NCBI GenBank assembly: GCA_964016885.1
Contig: OZ024746.1
Span: 23,188,001 to 23,252,000 of the forward strand
Origin: Eledone cirrhosa
Taxonomy: Eukaryota
Direction: 5' to 3'
DNA: 64,000 nt
Both the position numbers and the translations under genes were made by a program. The notes beneath the pieces are model-generated. The model was given only the letters and a program-made list of their open reading frames with translations. It had not been told where the DNA came from and did no database searches. Shown one piece after another: positions 42,245-54,504 of this stretch. Each line of letters starts with the position of its first letter. Within the stretch, counting starts at the first letter, position 1.

Positions 42245-42552
42245 AGGCGAGTGGCCTAGTGGTAAGTTGTTGGACATACGATCATAATGTTGTGAGTTCG
42301 ATTCCTGGACTGGGTTGCGTGTTGTGTTCTTGAGCAAAACATTTCATTTCACGTAGTTCCAGTATACTCGTCGGAAATTAAGTATAGTAATAGCTGGTTG
42401 TGGTGGTGGTGGTGGTGGTGGTGGGATACCCTGCGATGGACTGGCGTCCTGTCCAGGGGGTGATCTTGTACTCTCAGTCGCTTCACACCACGGAAACCGG
42501 GATAAGTACAGGCCTGATGAGCCTTCAGACTCGAGACAGACTTTAACTTTTA
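42245..42552 (+). mobile_element. tRNA-headed SINE family B, near full length
   Basis: A box TGGCCTAGTGG, B box GTTCGATTCC, body GTTCTTGAGCAAAACATTT, tail GGATAAG..CAGACTTTAACTTT. Confidence 0.8.
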
Positions 42553-42590
<38 letters not shown>

Positions 42591-43194
42591 TAAAAGTTAA
42601 AGTCTGTTATATATATATATATATATGTATATAAACTACATCCTCTCATTGATTTCCTTCGATGTCCTTACCACTGACTAAACTCTCTGTCACCAACCAA
42701 TACCATCATACATCTTATCCGCTCATCACAGAAGAGAGGCCTCCTATGTAGTCACATACCCGACAAGAAATAGCAGTCAAATCCTCCTCAAAATCACTCT
42801 ATTAACATCATACATCTTATCTACTCACCACAGGCGTAAGGTCTTCTACATGATCACACACCCTACTAGAAATAACAACAAAATCCTCCTCAAATCTCCA
42901 CCCATTACCATCATACATTATTCATCGCAGGACAGAGGCTTTCTATGCAGTCACACACCCATCTAGAAATAGCAACCGATCCCTCCTCAGGAGAGAGGCA
43001 AAGGCCAGACTTTCACCTGCTGAGGCCCTAAGCTATACGAAATTTGAGGCCTTTCTCTAAAAAAATATATTTATTATTTTTATATTAATGTTAATGATAA
43101 AGAAGAAATAATATATATGTGTGTATATATATATATACATCATCCAGTCCAAACTAATGAGATCGTAGGTGTCACGACAAAAAAGTAAAAACAC

Positions 43195-43426
43195 AGTCCA
43201 CGCTGTAATGTGGTCGTGTAGGTAACACGGTAAAAAGCTCCCAGTCCACACTGTAAATGTGGTTGGTGTTAGGAAGGGCATCCAGCCATAGAAAACCTGC
43301 CAGATAGTGCTATACGAGCGAGATATCGTCACCCGACCAATCTTGCCTCAAGTGGGACAACTCCCGTCTAACCCATGCTAGCGTGGAAGATAGACGTTAA
43401 ACGATGATGATGATGATGATGATGAT

Positions 43427-43428
<2 letters not shown>
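43195..43428 (+). mobile_element. SINE family E with (GAT)n tail
   Basis: GTGGTTGGTGTTAGGAAGGGCATCCAGCC..AACCCATGCTAGCGTGGAA..GACGTTAAACGATGATGAT; relatives at 40625-40900(-), 60985-61205, 62850-63020. Confidence 0.75.
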
Positions 43429-43461
<33 letters not shown>

Positions 43462-43498
43462 TGTATATGCTCGGTTTGTTTACAAACAAACAAACCGA

Positions 43499-43684
43499 GG
43501 CGGTGGATTGGCAGTATCGGTAGAGAGTCGGACGTCATGCTTTGACGCATAGAGTTACGGCCCTTTCCATTCTGAGTTCAAATCCCGCCGAGGTCAACTT
43601 TGCCTTTCATCCTTACGGGGTCGATAAAATAAAGTACCAGTAATGTACTGGGTAATTGCTGGCCTTGTGCCAAAAGTAGAAACA
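43499..43684 (+). mobile_element. SINE family A, young copy
   Basis: Full-length family sequence. Confidence 0.9.
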
Positions 43685-43717
43685 ATTATAATAAATGTTC
43701 GGTAAACCGATACGTGC

Positions 43718-43751
<34 letters not shown>

Positions 43752-44204
43752 ATGTATGTATATATATACATACTACTGTACGTCTGTATACATATATGTA
43801 TGTACGTATACATACATACATACTTACATATATATATATATATAACATCTCTGTCTGACGACCGATCCAGACGTATATTACACTGTCTTATGTAATCAGT
43901 AAAGTAATCCATGATACATTAAAAAAAGACGATATTATATATAAACTGCATTAGGAGAAAATTAGTGACAGAAAATTAGTATGTTTATTTAAGTGATCGC
44001 CACCGGAAGTGTTTTCTATATATATGGTAGTTGAAGTGGTGGTGGTGGCAACGATATACCGGAAGTGCAACTTTGAAAAGAAGTCAATTTTAAATTATTT
44101 ATTTTTACGAAATTATTTATTTTTACGAAATTTAGTAGATAAATTATGTAATATTCATTCCTTATTTATTCAAAGTAATCCGACTTATTTTACTAACGGG
44201 ATAA

Positions 44205-44235
<31 letters not shown>

Positions 44236-44399
44236 GTACGCAGTCCCGCAGACCTTCCTTTATTTCAAATTTTAAAAAAAAAAAGGAAATCAAAAGATTA
44301 AAATAATAAATAGGAAAAAAGAAAATGAGGGAGGGGGAGCAAAGTTAATGTATAATAGGGTTTAGGAGAACATTGATGAAATTGACACTGGTACTTGAC

Positions 44400-44845
44400 T
44401 GCCACTGTAACCTAGTACAACCTTCTTCATGATCGAGTGGTTGGCTACTAAACCAGCTCCCCCAAAACACCCTATTCCGACTGCTACTGGTAGTATGTAA
44501 CCCAGTACAACCTTCTTCATGGTCGAGTGGTTGGCTACTAAACCAGCTCCCCCAAAACACCCTATTCTGACTGCTACTGGTAGTATGTAACCCAGTACAA
44601 CCTGCTTCATGATCAAGTGGTTGGTGACTAAACCATTTCCTCCACCAGACACTGGTCAGGTCTGGCTTCTGCTTGCTACTAGTACCATATAACCCAGTGC
44701 AACCTAATTCATGGTCCAGTGGTCAGCAACTAAAGTGGCTCCTCCATCAGACCCAGGCCAGATCTAGCTTCTGCTTGCTACTAGTACCATGTAAACCCTG
44801 TACAACTTGCTTCATGGTCCAGTGGTCTGCGACTAAAGTGGTCTG
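44400..44845. repeat. Tandem repeat, about 90-100 bp unit, diverging rightwards
   Basis: ctgctactggtagtatgtaacccagtacaaccttcttcatg..gtggttggctactaaaccagctccc repeated about 5 times. Confidence 0.85.
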
Positions 44846-45279
44846 GTGAAGAAGGTAAGTGGAACTCCAGCAGCAGAAAATAAACAAGAGCTGTTAAAGG
44901 GGTGAATGCTATGGGTTAAATAGCCTCACCAACCCGCAATTGACAAACATGGTGAATATGGCTACACCCCTGAAGAAATGACCCAAACTAAACAAAATGG
45001 TGGACATCAACTAGAGCAGGGTTCCTCCAAGAGGAGTGAGAAGGCTCTCGATTGGATTGGACTTGACTGATACTTTTTTTATCAATCCCATAAGGATAAA
45101 GACAATGTTGGTCTTCAGGTGGATTTGAACTCAGAATATAAAATATTTTATCTGATGACAAAAAGTGCCCAGTACACACTGTAAAGTTTGTTTTGTTTTG
45201 TTTTGTTTTGCTCCGTTTCGTGTCATATGTTTTAGTGTGTGTGTGTGTGTTTTATAAACATTAAATTATATATGTAATA

Positions 45280-45465
45280 GGCGGTGGATTGGCAGTATCG
45301 GTAGAGGGCCGGACGCCATGCTTTGCAGGAAAGAGTTACGGCCCTTTATGGTCTGAGTTCAAATCCCGCCGAGGTTAACTTTGCCTTTCATCCTTACAGG
45401 GTTGATAAAATAAAGTACCAGTAATACACTGGGTAATTTCTGGCCTTGTGCCAAAAGTAGAAACA
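45280..45465 (+). mobile_element. SINE family A, young copy with 19-bp TSD
   Basis: attaaattatatatgtaat at 45260-45278 and 45466-45484. Confidence 0.92.
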
Positions 45466-48280
45466 ATTAAATTATATATGTAATCAAAGAAAGTAGGTTT
45501 AGAAAACGGCGAGCTGTGTTTAAAAATTGAATTAGAAAGATTTCGCCGTAACTTTGATTAAATAAAATCGTCTAATAATAACGAGGCATATAAACTCACT
45601 GATGCCCATCTATTTCTGTTCGGTTGGTTTATACGCCCCGTTATTATTAGAATATTTATTATTTAGAAAAAGTTACGGCGAAATCTTCTAATTCAATTTT
45701 CATATATGCAATATTATTTTCCCTCTTAATTTGTTGTTCTGTTTATATTTAGTGATTCGTTTTGTACTTCCCTGTAATCTCATTTTTCAAACGTGTTGCT
45801 TGTTGTCATGTACATACATGCATGCATGGTCCCGTAATTCCTGGGGGAGTCGTTGGTGCGCCCTGTTGACATACGGTGTTTCTAGAGCATAAAAAAACCC
45901 CCCTGTGTCGGAACCCATCTCTTCTCCAGGTCTGAGTACAGCAGATTTCTTCAGGAGAAACGGCTATAACTCTATGCCGCAAAATATGTTGTTCGACGCT
46001 CTACCGATATTGTCAAACCACCGCCCTATATCTGTTATAGAATTGTAATATATTTTGGTAAGCTGATGCTGGCACATAGTTTTGGTTTCCAACTGAAGTT
46101 ATTCACGTCATTCCACGATGTACCGTATTTACCATATGACCTTGTTTGTTTCTTGAATGCAATAAAAACTCTTGTAATATAATTTGAACGTCATAAGAAC
46201 TCATTTAATATACCATAATTATGGTGTCATGTAAGTGCAGTATTATTCGTTTAATATTATTTCCCGGTAGATTGGCAGTCGGACATGCTTTACGGCATAT
46301 AGTTACGCCCCTTAACATTCTGAATTCAAATCCCACCGTAGTTAGCTTTCCCTTTCATCCTTTCGGGGTCGATATAATAAAGTATCAGTAACACACTGGA
46401 GTCAATTTATTCGACTTTAGCCTCCACCAGTATTAGATTAGTATTTTTTATCGACCTCAAAATGATGAAAGGCAAAGTTGACCTCGACGGGATTTCAACT
46501 AAGAGAGCAGAGAACCATAACGAATACCATAAAGCCACCGCCTTTCTACATATTAGCATAGCATAAAGTAGAAATATAGAGATAATTAAAAATACAGAAA
46601 AATTATTTGTACATCCTTCTTTAGTGAATAAATAGAACAAAGTTATAAATGAGAAACATGTGTTTGTTGGGGTTTTTTTCTTTACCATTTTGACAATTAT
46701 ATATGAACTTTATTAAGAATTTCAATTTGTATTTTTCACATTTTGAAATAGCATCTTGCTCTTTTGCGACAAACTTGATTGCATCTTGCGGTACAGCAGT
46801 GTGCCGAGGTGCATGATTTGGTAACCACTGCCATAAGGCGTTTTGTCCGACACTTTAACAATTTTGTCAAGCGTCTATAGTGACACCGCCAACGTCTGGC
46901 TGCACCAGTTGCGGGAATGTGATATGAGAGCCCTCGGTTGGTACTTCTTTTATTGACACTGAAAAGATAAATGACTAAGTTGATCGCAGCAACATTGGAA
47001 TTCAGAGAACTGGAATAAATACCTCAAGGCGTTTTTGTCCTACGCTCTGACGACTCTACGTCTAGATATATCTTTTACTACAGGCTCAAGTCAAGTCGAC
47101 CTTAAGCCTTTGGGGGTGGGGGTGGGGGGATTTGATAGATAGAAACTGTGCAAAATTTCGTTTGATGAATTGTATCTGTAATTCAAAGGTCCAGAGGTAA
47201 TCCTTCATTATTGGCATATCGAAGTTGAACATGAATTTACCATGACTACTACGACGGTGTTATTTAGTTTCGTATCCACAAAATACGAAATACACTTCTC
47301 GACCCTAACATATATACACTCGATGAATCAAACGATATCTTTTCGTTCTATTTGAAAATATTAACATCAGTTAGTCAAATCAATCATCATAGACTCATTT
47401 TCACTTTTGACGTACCAAAACCGAAAGAAAGCAAGACCAAACTTGTTTCGCACTGGCTCACTCTAGTTCTGTCTGAGGAAAATATTAAGAGTACAAGTGT
47501 CTGTGGAATACTCAGCCACTTTCGCGTTAATTCAATGAGTAGGCTGTTCACTGAATACTAGTCAAAACTGGCCGAAATAGCCCCCCCCCCCCTTTAAATA
47601 CATATTTAAGTATTAGCTTAATCAGAAGGTGGCGCTTGGCAGAATCAATAGAGCGCAGGGCAAAATGCTTAATGACATTTAGTTACGTCATTTTAAGTTC
47701 AGAGTTTAAATCCCGTAGACAGGGAACTTACCTTTCATCTCACGATCAATAGAATTGTTGCAAATCAAATCCTTGGATCAATTCAATTGACATATCTCCT
47801 CCACTTCAGCAAACAAAAATGTGTAGTTAAGATAATCAATACACCATATAATAAATAGATTATAATCATGAAGTTAAATAGTTTAAGGTAACTAACTATA
47901 GGATCGATTTAATTGGCTTAACAGTTTTCCTCAGATGTGTCATTAAGGTAATCTATACACTACACTACGTATTTACGATTTTATAATGACGTTTATATAT
48001 CTAAGAAAATATTTTAAAGGTTGAAATCAATTTATAGGAAAAAAAACAATACTTTTTTATGAGGAAGAATATAAGAAAAAAGAAAAAAAAGACCAATGCT
48101 TTGTGAATGAAATTTGGTGGACGGCAACTGCAGAAATCCGCTATGTATGTGTATATATATATATATATATAAATGAAAATAGAGAAATTAATGTGAGCAA
48201 GAAGCCAACAGTATTTCATAATATATAAGTGACTATAGCGTCAAGATGGAAAATATTTAACGTAATATATATATATATGC

Positions 48281-48711
48281 AGAGGTTATATTTAATTTGT
48301 TGGGATTCAACAAGCTTAAACATTTTTATAACTGATATAAAGCACACAATATATTAACAAATGGAAAATATATTAACAAATGGAAACTATATTTATAAAA
48401 CCATATTTATTTTATTATACATATTTCAAGGGCCACCAAGGCAAATTATGGTGCGCTTTCATCAGATAAAATACAATACAGATTTGTTTTATAAATAAAT
48501 ATTGACATACCTGAAAAAATACACTATCCAGGAAGCTCCAACCGTTAAGGTTGTCTTTTTTCAGGGTATGTCAATATTTATTTATAAAACAAATCTGTAT
48601 TGTATTTTATCTGATGAAAGCGCACCATAATTTGGTTTGGTGGCCCTTTGAAATAGGTAAATTAAAATAAATATGGTTTTATAAATATAGTTTCCATTTG
48701 TTAATATATTG
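48281..48711 (-). mobile_element. Penelope-like fold-back element, family D copy 2
   Basis: Inverted arms about 48367-48519 / 48556-48711; flanks align with 41558-41945. Confidence 0.8.
48408..48473 (-). ncRNA. Minimal type I hammerhead ribozyme motif
   Basis: uauuuuau CUGAUGA AAGcgCACCA uaauuugccu UGGUGgccCUU GAAA UAUGUA UA auaaaaua; mutated mirror copy at 48603-48668(+). Confidence 0.72.
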
Positions 48712-49111
48712 TATATATATATATATATAGAGAGAGAGAGATTCTGCGGGGAGACCTCAAATCATGGGAGTACTCAATGTATGTATGGGGAGATGCAGAG
48801 TGGGTATAGAAATAGGTAAAATTAGAAACAAGCCGAAGCCGCATGACGCCGCGGTCGGAATTTTACCCCCTCCCCATCTCTATCTCTCTATGTGAGTATG
48901 TATGTATATATATATATATATATATGACAGAGATTAAGCTTATATTGTTTCGAAACGGCATAAGCTTAACTGAAGGGCAAAGAATCCTTATAATATTATC
49001 TACACTACTTTACTTCAGTATAAATTACGAAGTTGAATAACGATCTTTCTGGTCTTAACTAGAAATATATATATATATATATATATATCTATATATATAT
49101 ATATATATATA

Positions 49112-49147
<36 letters not shown>

Positions 49148-49244
49148 GGAGGTGAGTTTTATTGTAGTACAATGCAGATATCGGATATTTGTTTTTGAAA
49201 TGCGCATAATAAAATACATGGAACTCTTTTAACCATCTTTTGAT

Positions 49245-49279
<35 letters not shown>

Positions 49280-49416
49280 CTAGTTACGACCAGAAAGATC
49301 GTTATTCAACTTCGTAATTTATATATATATACATATCAGAGTGGAAAGAAGGTTTTTTTGAGGGGTTGTTTTGATAACAACACCCCAGTGATAAAATTTG
49401 CTCCGGACATAACAGA

Positions 49417-49507
49417 CGTATCTGAAAGAACCCGCAGAAGTAGAATCAGCCAGATCCATACAAGGACCATGACTCGAGCTACATGCCGGCGAAACATTTG
49501 TAACACG
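49417..49507 (+). ncRNA. Hammerhead-like motif with 8-nt core and long stem II
   Basis: cguau CUGAAAGA [about 60-nt imperfect hairpin] GAAAC AUUU GUA acacg, followed by AAAUAAA; TA-flanked element 49336-49553. Confidence 0.5.
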
Positions 49508-49551
49508 AAATAAACTAAGTCCAGATGCATCACTGATTTTTCGTTTTCTTG

Positions 49552-49596
<45 letters not shown>

Positions 49597-49599
<3 letters not shown>

Positions 49600-50120
49600 G
49601 ATAAATCTACCAAGAGTTTACGGTAGTGTCCAATCCGTATGAAGAACTCAATGTAATCCGGATATCATGGAAAGAAGAGATGCATTCAAAATCACTTTCG
49701 GTGAAAGATAAACGGAATACAGAGTCAAGATAAAATATTTAAAAAATAATGAATAAAACAATGAAACAGTTCCTTATATTAAACAAAAAAAGTTCATTAT
49801 TTAACGATCGTTTCTAGGACATATATGTGTTAGAATTGGCATGCATATTCAACAGATCTATGTACAAAATTATACAAAATTATACAAACTATCAAATTTA
49901 ATATACATACCAACACATACATATGCCGTCTTCAGAAATAAATTTATTTCTGAAGACGGCATATGTATGTGTTGGTATGTATAATTTTGTATAATTTTGT
50001 ACATAGATCTGTTGAATATGCATGCCAATTCTAACACATATATGTCCTAGAAACGATCGTTAAATAATGAACTTTTTTTGTTTAATATAAGGAACTGTTT
50101 CATTGTTTTATTCATTATTT

Positions 50121-50133
<13 letters not shown>
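49597..50133 (-). mobile_element. Penelope-like fold-back element with spacerless palindrome of about 190-bp arms
   Basis: Centre at 49942/49943 (gaaataaa|tttatttc); TA tracts on both sides. Confidence 0.8.
49944..50067 (+). ncRNA. Hammerhead motif with about 93-nt stem II domain
   Basis: uuauuu CUGAAGA cGGCAUAUGUAUGUGUUGG...CUAACACAUAUAUGUCCua GAAAC GAUC GUU aaauaa; mirror copy at 49797-49941(-). Confidence 0.65.
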
Positions 50134-50170
<37 letters not shown>

Positions 50171-50231
50171 AGGAGGTGATTTAACACTTCACTGCTCTCA
50201 AGTGTTTTTTAAGCTTCATATCATGTCTCCC

Positions 50232-50302
50232 TATTTTATCTGATGAGAACGCAAATATCATCCCATGATGATATTTGTTTTTGAAATGCGCATAATAAAA
50301 TA
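50232..50302 (+). ncRNA. Minimal type I hammerhead ribozyme motif (best-formed example)
   Basis: uauuuuau CUGAUGA gaac GCAAAUAUCAUC ccau GAUGAUAUUUGU uuuu GAAA UGCGCA UA auaaaaua; truncated sibling element at 49146-49248. Confidence 0.8.
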
Positions 50303-51019
50303 CATGGAACTCTTTTAACCATCTTTTGATTTTATATTATATATATATATATATATATACAGTATATATATATAATATATGTGTGTGTACGTCGGTGTCT
50401 GTGTTTACGTCCCGAAACTTAGCAGCTCGACAAAAAGAGATCGATAAAATAAGTAGCAACAAGCTTGAAAGACAAAAATAAAAGAAAGCGAAGTCGTTAC
50501 GATCGACTAAAATCTTCAATAAGGTGATGCCCTAATGTGGCTGGAGTCTAATGACTGAAACCTGTAATAGAATATATAAATCTATAAGTACAAACATCCT
50601 TGAGTTTGAGTTCAAACGACCTTGGAAAGTACAACAGTATGTTAGATTTCCAGGTCAACCAACTTCCAGCAACAGAAGTGAAAGAAGAAATTAATTATTT
50701 ATTAAACGACTAATAATTCTTATTTCATTATAACAACAACATAAACTACCATTTAACTATCTCTCGATTTAAGTTAACCACTTTGTTCGATTATAACCCT
50801 CTGGTTCCCGTCTTACTCGGATACATTTTGTGGGGCCCCGATATATATATATATATTTTTTTTTTTGTTTATATTTGAGGGGAGTTTTGCTTGAAACTTT
50901 ATTTTTGTTGATTTCGAACCTTCTTAATCCCGATGGTAACTCCCACTTCGTGTTTGTTGTCTTGTATTTCGTTTCCTGCCTCGGCCCTTTGTGACGAATA
51001 AAAGGAATTATTATTATTA

Positions 51020-51857
51020 TTATGAGTTCAAATCCCACCGAGATTAACTTTGCCTTTCATCCTTACGGGGTCGATAAAATAAAGTACTAGTAATACACTG
51101 GATAATTGCTGGCCTTGTGCCAAAAGTAGAAACAATTATTATTAGTGGATTATCAGAATCGTTGGAGCGTCGGACAGAGTGCCTTGCCCTATTTACACCC
51201 TGAATTCAAATTCCTCTCAAGTTAGCCTGTCATCCTTCCAGGAGTCGATAAAATAAAATACCAGTTAAGAATCCATCAACTACCGCCCCCTTTTCCTATT
51301 CCCTTACAAATTGATGGCCTTGCGCCGAAATTATTATCATTGTTAGCTTTACCGGAGTCGATAAAATAAAGCACCAGTAATGCACTGAGGTCGATTTAAT
51401 CGACTCTCCTCTCCCCCAAATTGCTGGCCTTGTGCCTATAGTAGAAATCATTATTATTATTATTATTATAAAGGGCATAGTTACGTTCTGAGTTCAAATG
51501 CCGAGATCGGTGGGTTTGGCAGTATCGGTAGAGGGACGGACGCCATGCTTTGACGCATAGAGTTACGGCCCTTGCCATTCTGAGTTCAAATCCCGCCGAG
51601 GTTAACTTTGCCTTTCATCCTTACGGGGTCGATAAAATAAAGTACCAGTAATGCACTGGTTAATTGCTGGCCTTGTGCCAAAAGTAGAAACAATTATTAT
51701 TATTATTATTATAAAGGGCATAGTTACGGCCATTTACGTTCTGAGTTCAAATGCCGAGGTCGATAAATTAAAGTACCAGTAACGCATTGGGATTTGATTT
51801 AATCGACTACCACCTCCCCCAAAAAATTGCTGGCCTTGTGCCTAAATCAGAAACCAT
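51020..51857 (+). mobile_element. Cluster of five SINE family A copies/fragments joined by (ATT)n
   Basis: Family core recurs at about 51020, 51145, 51350, 51508 and 51715. Confidence 0.85.
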
Positions 51858-52218
51858 TATTATTATTGGCAGATGAGCGGGAAGGGATTGATCTTAAATA
51901 TTGGTGATTATTTTTACGATTCCATTGAAAGGAATTAAAGAAAATACATGGTGGGGGTGGGGAATAATAGTAATTTTTGATTGACGATTTTTCGATCTCG
52001 TTCGACCTTGAATACAATAATTTGCTTTGATCGTCAGTGATAATTCTTATTCTCAATTCTTTAATGCCTTCTCGAAGTTGATGTGTGTGTGTGTGTCTCC
52101 CCCCACACTCTCTCTCTCTCATATATGTGTGTGTGCTTACGTCTGTGAAACAACGTGTAATGCAGTGACTAGTCAAACTGTTGATTGCTCTTTTCTTTCA
52201 TTTGTAACCGCTGGCGTC

Positions 52219-52282
<64 letters not shown>

Positions 52283-52808
52283 CACACATACACACACACA
52301 TTAACCGAATAAGCATTCAATATATATTTTTTTGTTGTTGTTTTTATTGACACAGAGTTTAAAATATATTTTCTGAAAAGAAATGTGACAGTGACTTCGA
52401 AGTTTCAGTGCATTGCATGTATATATACATATATAGTCTAAGGCAGATAGTCGCACGTGTTTTGTCTATTTCATCAACGTGAGAAAGAATATTTGCCTCT
52501 TTATTCATACGTTTCAAGTACTCCCTTCTTTACTTACTTGACTTTGCTACACACCATTTCACATTTATATATACACCGTCTTCTTTTTTGCCTTGTTTTC
52601 TTTTGTTCTTTCTTCCTTCCTTCCTAACCAACTAGCCAAATTATATACATAAAGCATAGTGCTAATTACACCCCCAACCTACTACGCGTATATAGATACA
52701 CACACACTATATATATATATATATATATATACAACATATATATACACACACACTATATATACATATACATATATACACACACACACACTATATATACAAC
52801 ATATATAT

Positions 52809-52854
<46 letters not shown>

Positions 52855-54383
52855 ATTTTTTTTATAATTGATTATGTGTATACGTGTGTGAATGAATAAT
52901 TATATATATATAGTTGTATATATGAATGACTGTGTACATTATAAATCTTGACACTAACAACGGTATATTTATATTCATAAACACCGATGTAAACGAAATA
53001 AACACTAACTTAAATGTAATATTCATAGGACAAGTACTATCGTACTTATACATACTTGCATACATACATTTATACGGGTGTGTGAATTGGGAGGTGACCA
53101 CAGTCAAAAAAGTACTCAGTACGTTAGTAGAGTATTATATATGCTATTATAGAAATGACTTCTGGTGATTTCTTACGAATGAAACAGTTCTAGTCCTGTA
53201 GAAGACGTTTCTATAATATATATATACATATATATGTGTGTGTGTCTGTGTGTGTATACGTACATATATACACATGATTTCCTGGTTGTTTCATGATCGA
53301 ATGAAACAGTACTAGTCCTGTACAAGTCAATTCTAAATGAAATAAAATTATATATATATATACAGATATACATTTTCATACATACAGAGCATAAATGCGG
53401 TATTCGTAATATAGTTGGTACTTGTCAGAAGAACACAACTCTGAATAAAAACTTCACACACATACACACACGGAGAGAAAGAGAGAGAGAGAGAATAGAT
53501 GTTTCCCTAAGCATACACACACATACGCGCGCACTTACACACGCACTACCGTACACAGCATACAAACATACATTCTCACTCTACCGTACACAACATATAC
53601 ACACCCTCGCTGGTAAAGCGAGTATAGGCACATTTTACAGCTCCAATCAATTGAAACTAACTTAGACGTATACGAGATTCTACCTTTTCAATTGTCTACA
53701 TCTTCTTTCCCGGGAAAACAGCTACATTGAGAGAAATCTTGCGTATATATATATATATTTATATATATATACACATATATATAGATATATCAAACCACTG
53801 CTTTACAGATCTACCTGGACAAATTTATACCTTTATTCCGATTCATATAAATATATATATTTATAAATATATATATAGAGAGAGAGGTGCGAAAACTTTT
53901 ACTATATTTATAAACAACACTTATTTTTGTATTGTGAAATGAAAGAAAGGTTGATGGAACTGGTATGTATGTGTATATATATATATATATAAAGCAGACA
54001 CATGTGTGTATGTGTATATGTTTATAAATTGATCGTTTGTAGAATGTATACGTAAATGTAAATATATATATATATGAATGTATGTATGAATAAATGTGTA
54101 TGTATACACATATATGTATACACACAAATGCGTGTATAGAATATGTACGATGTATACAGATGTATATATATATATATTTATTTATTTATATATAAACACA
54201 TACGAGAGAGAGAGAGGGGTGAGAATGGGAAGGAAGCGAAAGAAAATAAGAGATGTTTTAATGCGATAAATTCTTGTCGAATGTTCATTCAACTTAACAA
54301 AATTTCAGTCACTTGAAATCGCTTGTTTGTTTGTTGTTCTTACTTGAGTTTTTGTCCATATTAGTCCTGCTGTTGACCCGACT

Positions 54384-54504
54384 ATGACCAGTAATCTTTC
54401 ATCTGCCCGTGGTCTAAGTTTGAAGGACCTTCTCGAAAAACAGGATTTCCCGGGTGCCAATGTTACTGCTTCAAAGAAAAAAGGCGAGCTACCTACCGTA
54501 GCCG
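54384..54504 (+). CDS. Candidate first coding exon of an unidentified host gene (MTSNLSSARGLSLKDLLEKQDFPGANVTASKKKGELPTVA, phase-1 intron)
   Basis: ATG with A at -3, 40 open codons of non-repetitive, more GC-rich sequence, ending at consensus donor G|GTAAGT; no homology recognised. Confidence 0.5.

Noticed and set aside
42505-42550. CTGATGAGCCTTCAGACTCGAGAC as a hammerhead (also 25862)
   Set aside because: GAGA instead of GAAA and no stem I/III pairing; it is the ordinary tail of SINE family B
51978-52046. Minus-strand CUGACGA...GAAA...GUC
   Set aside because: Stems I, II and III do not pair convincingly
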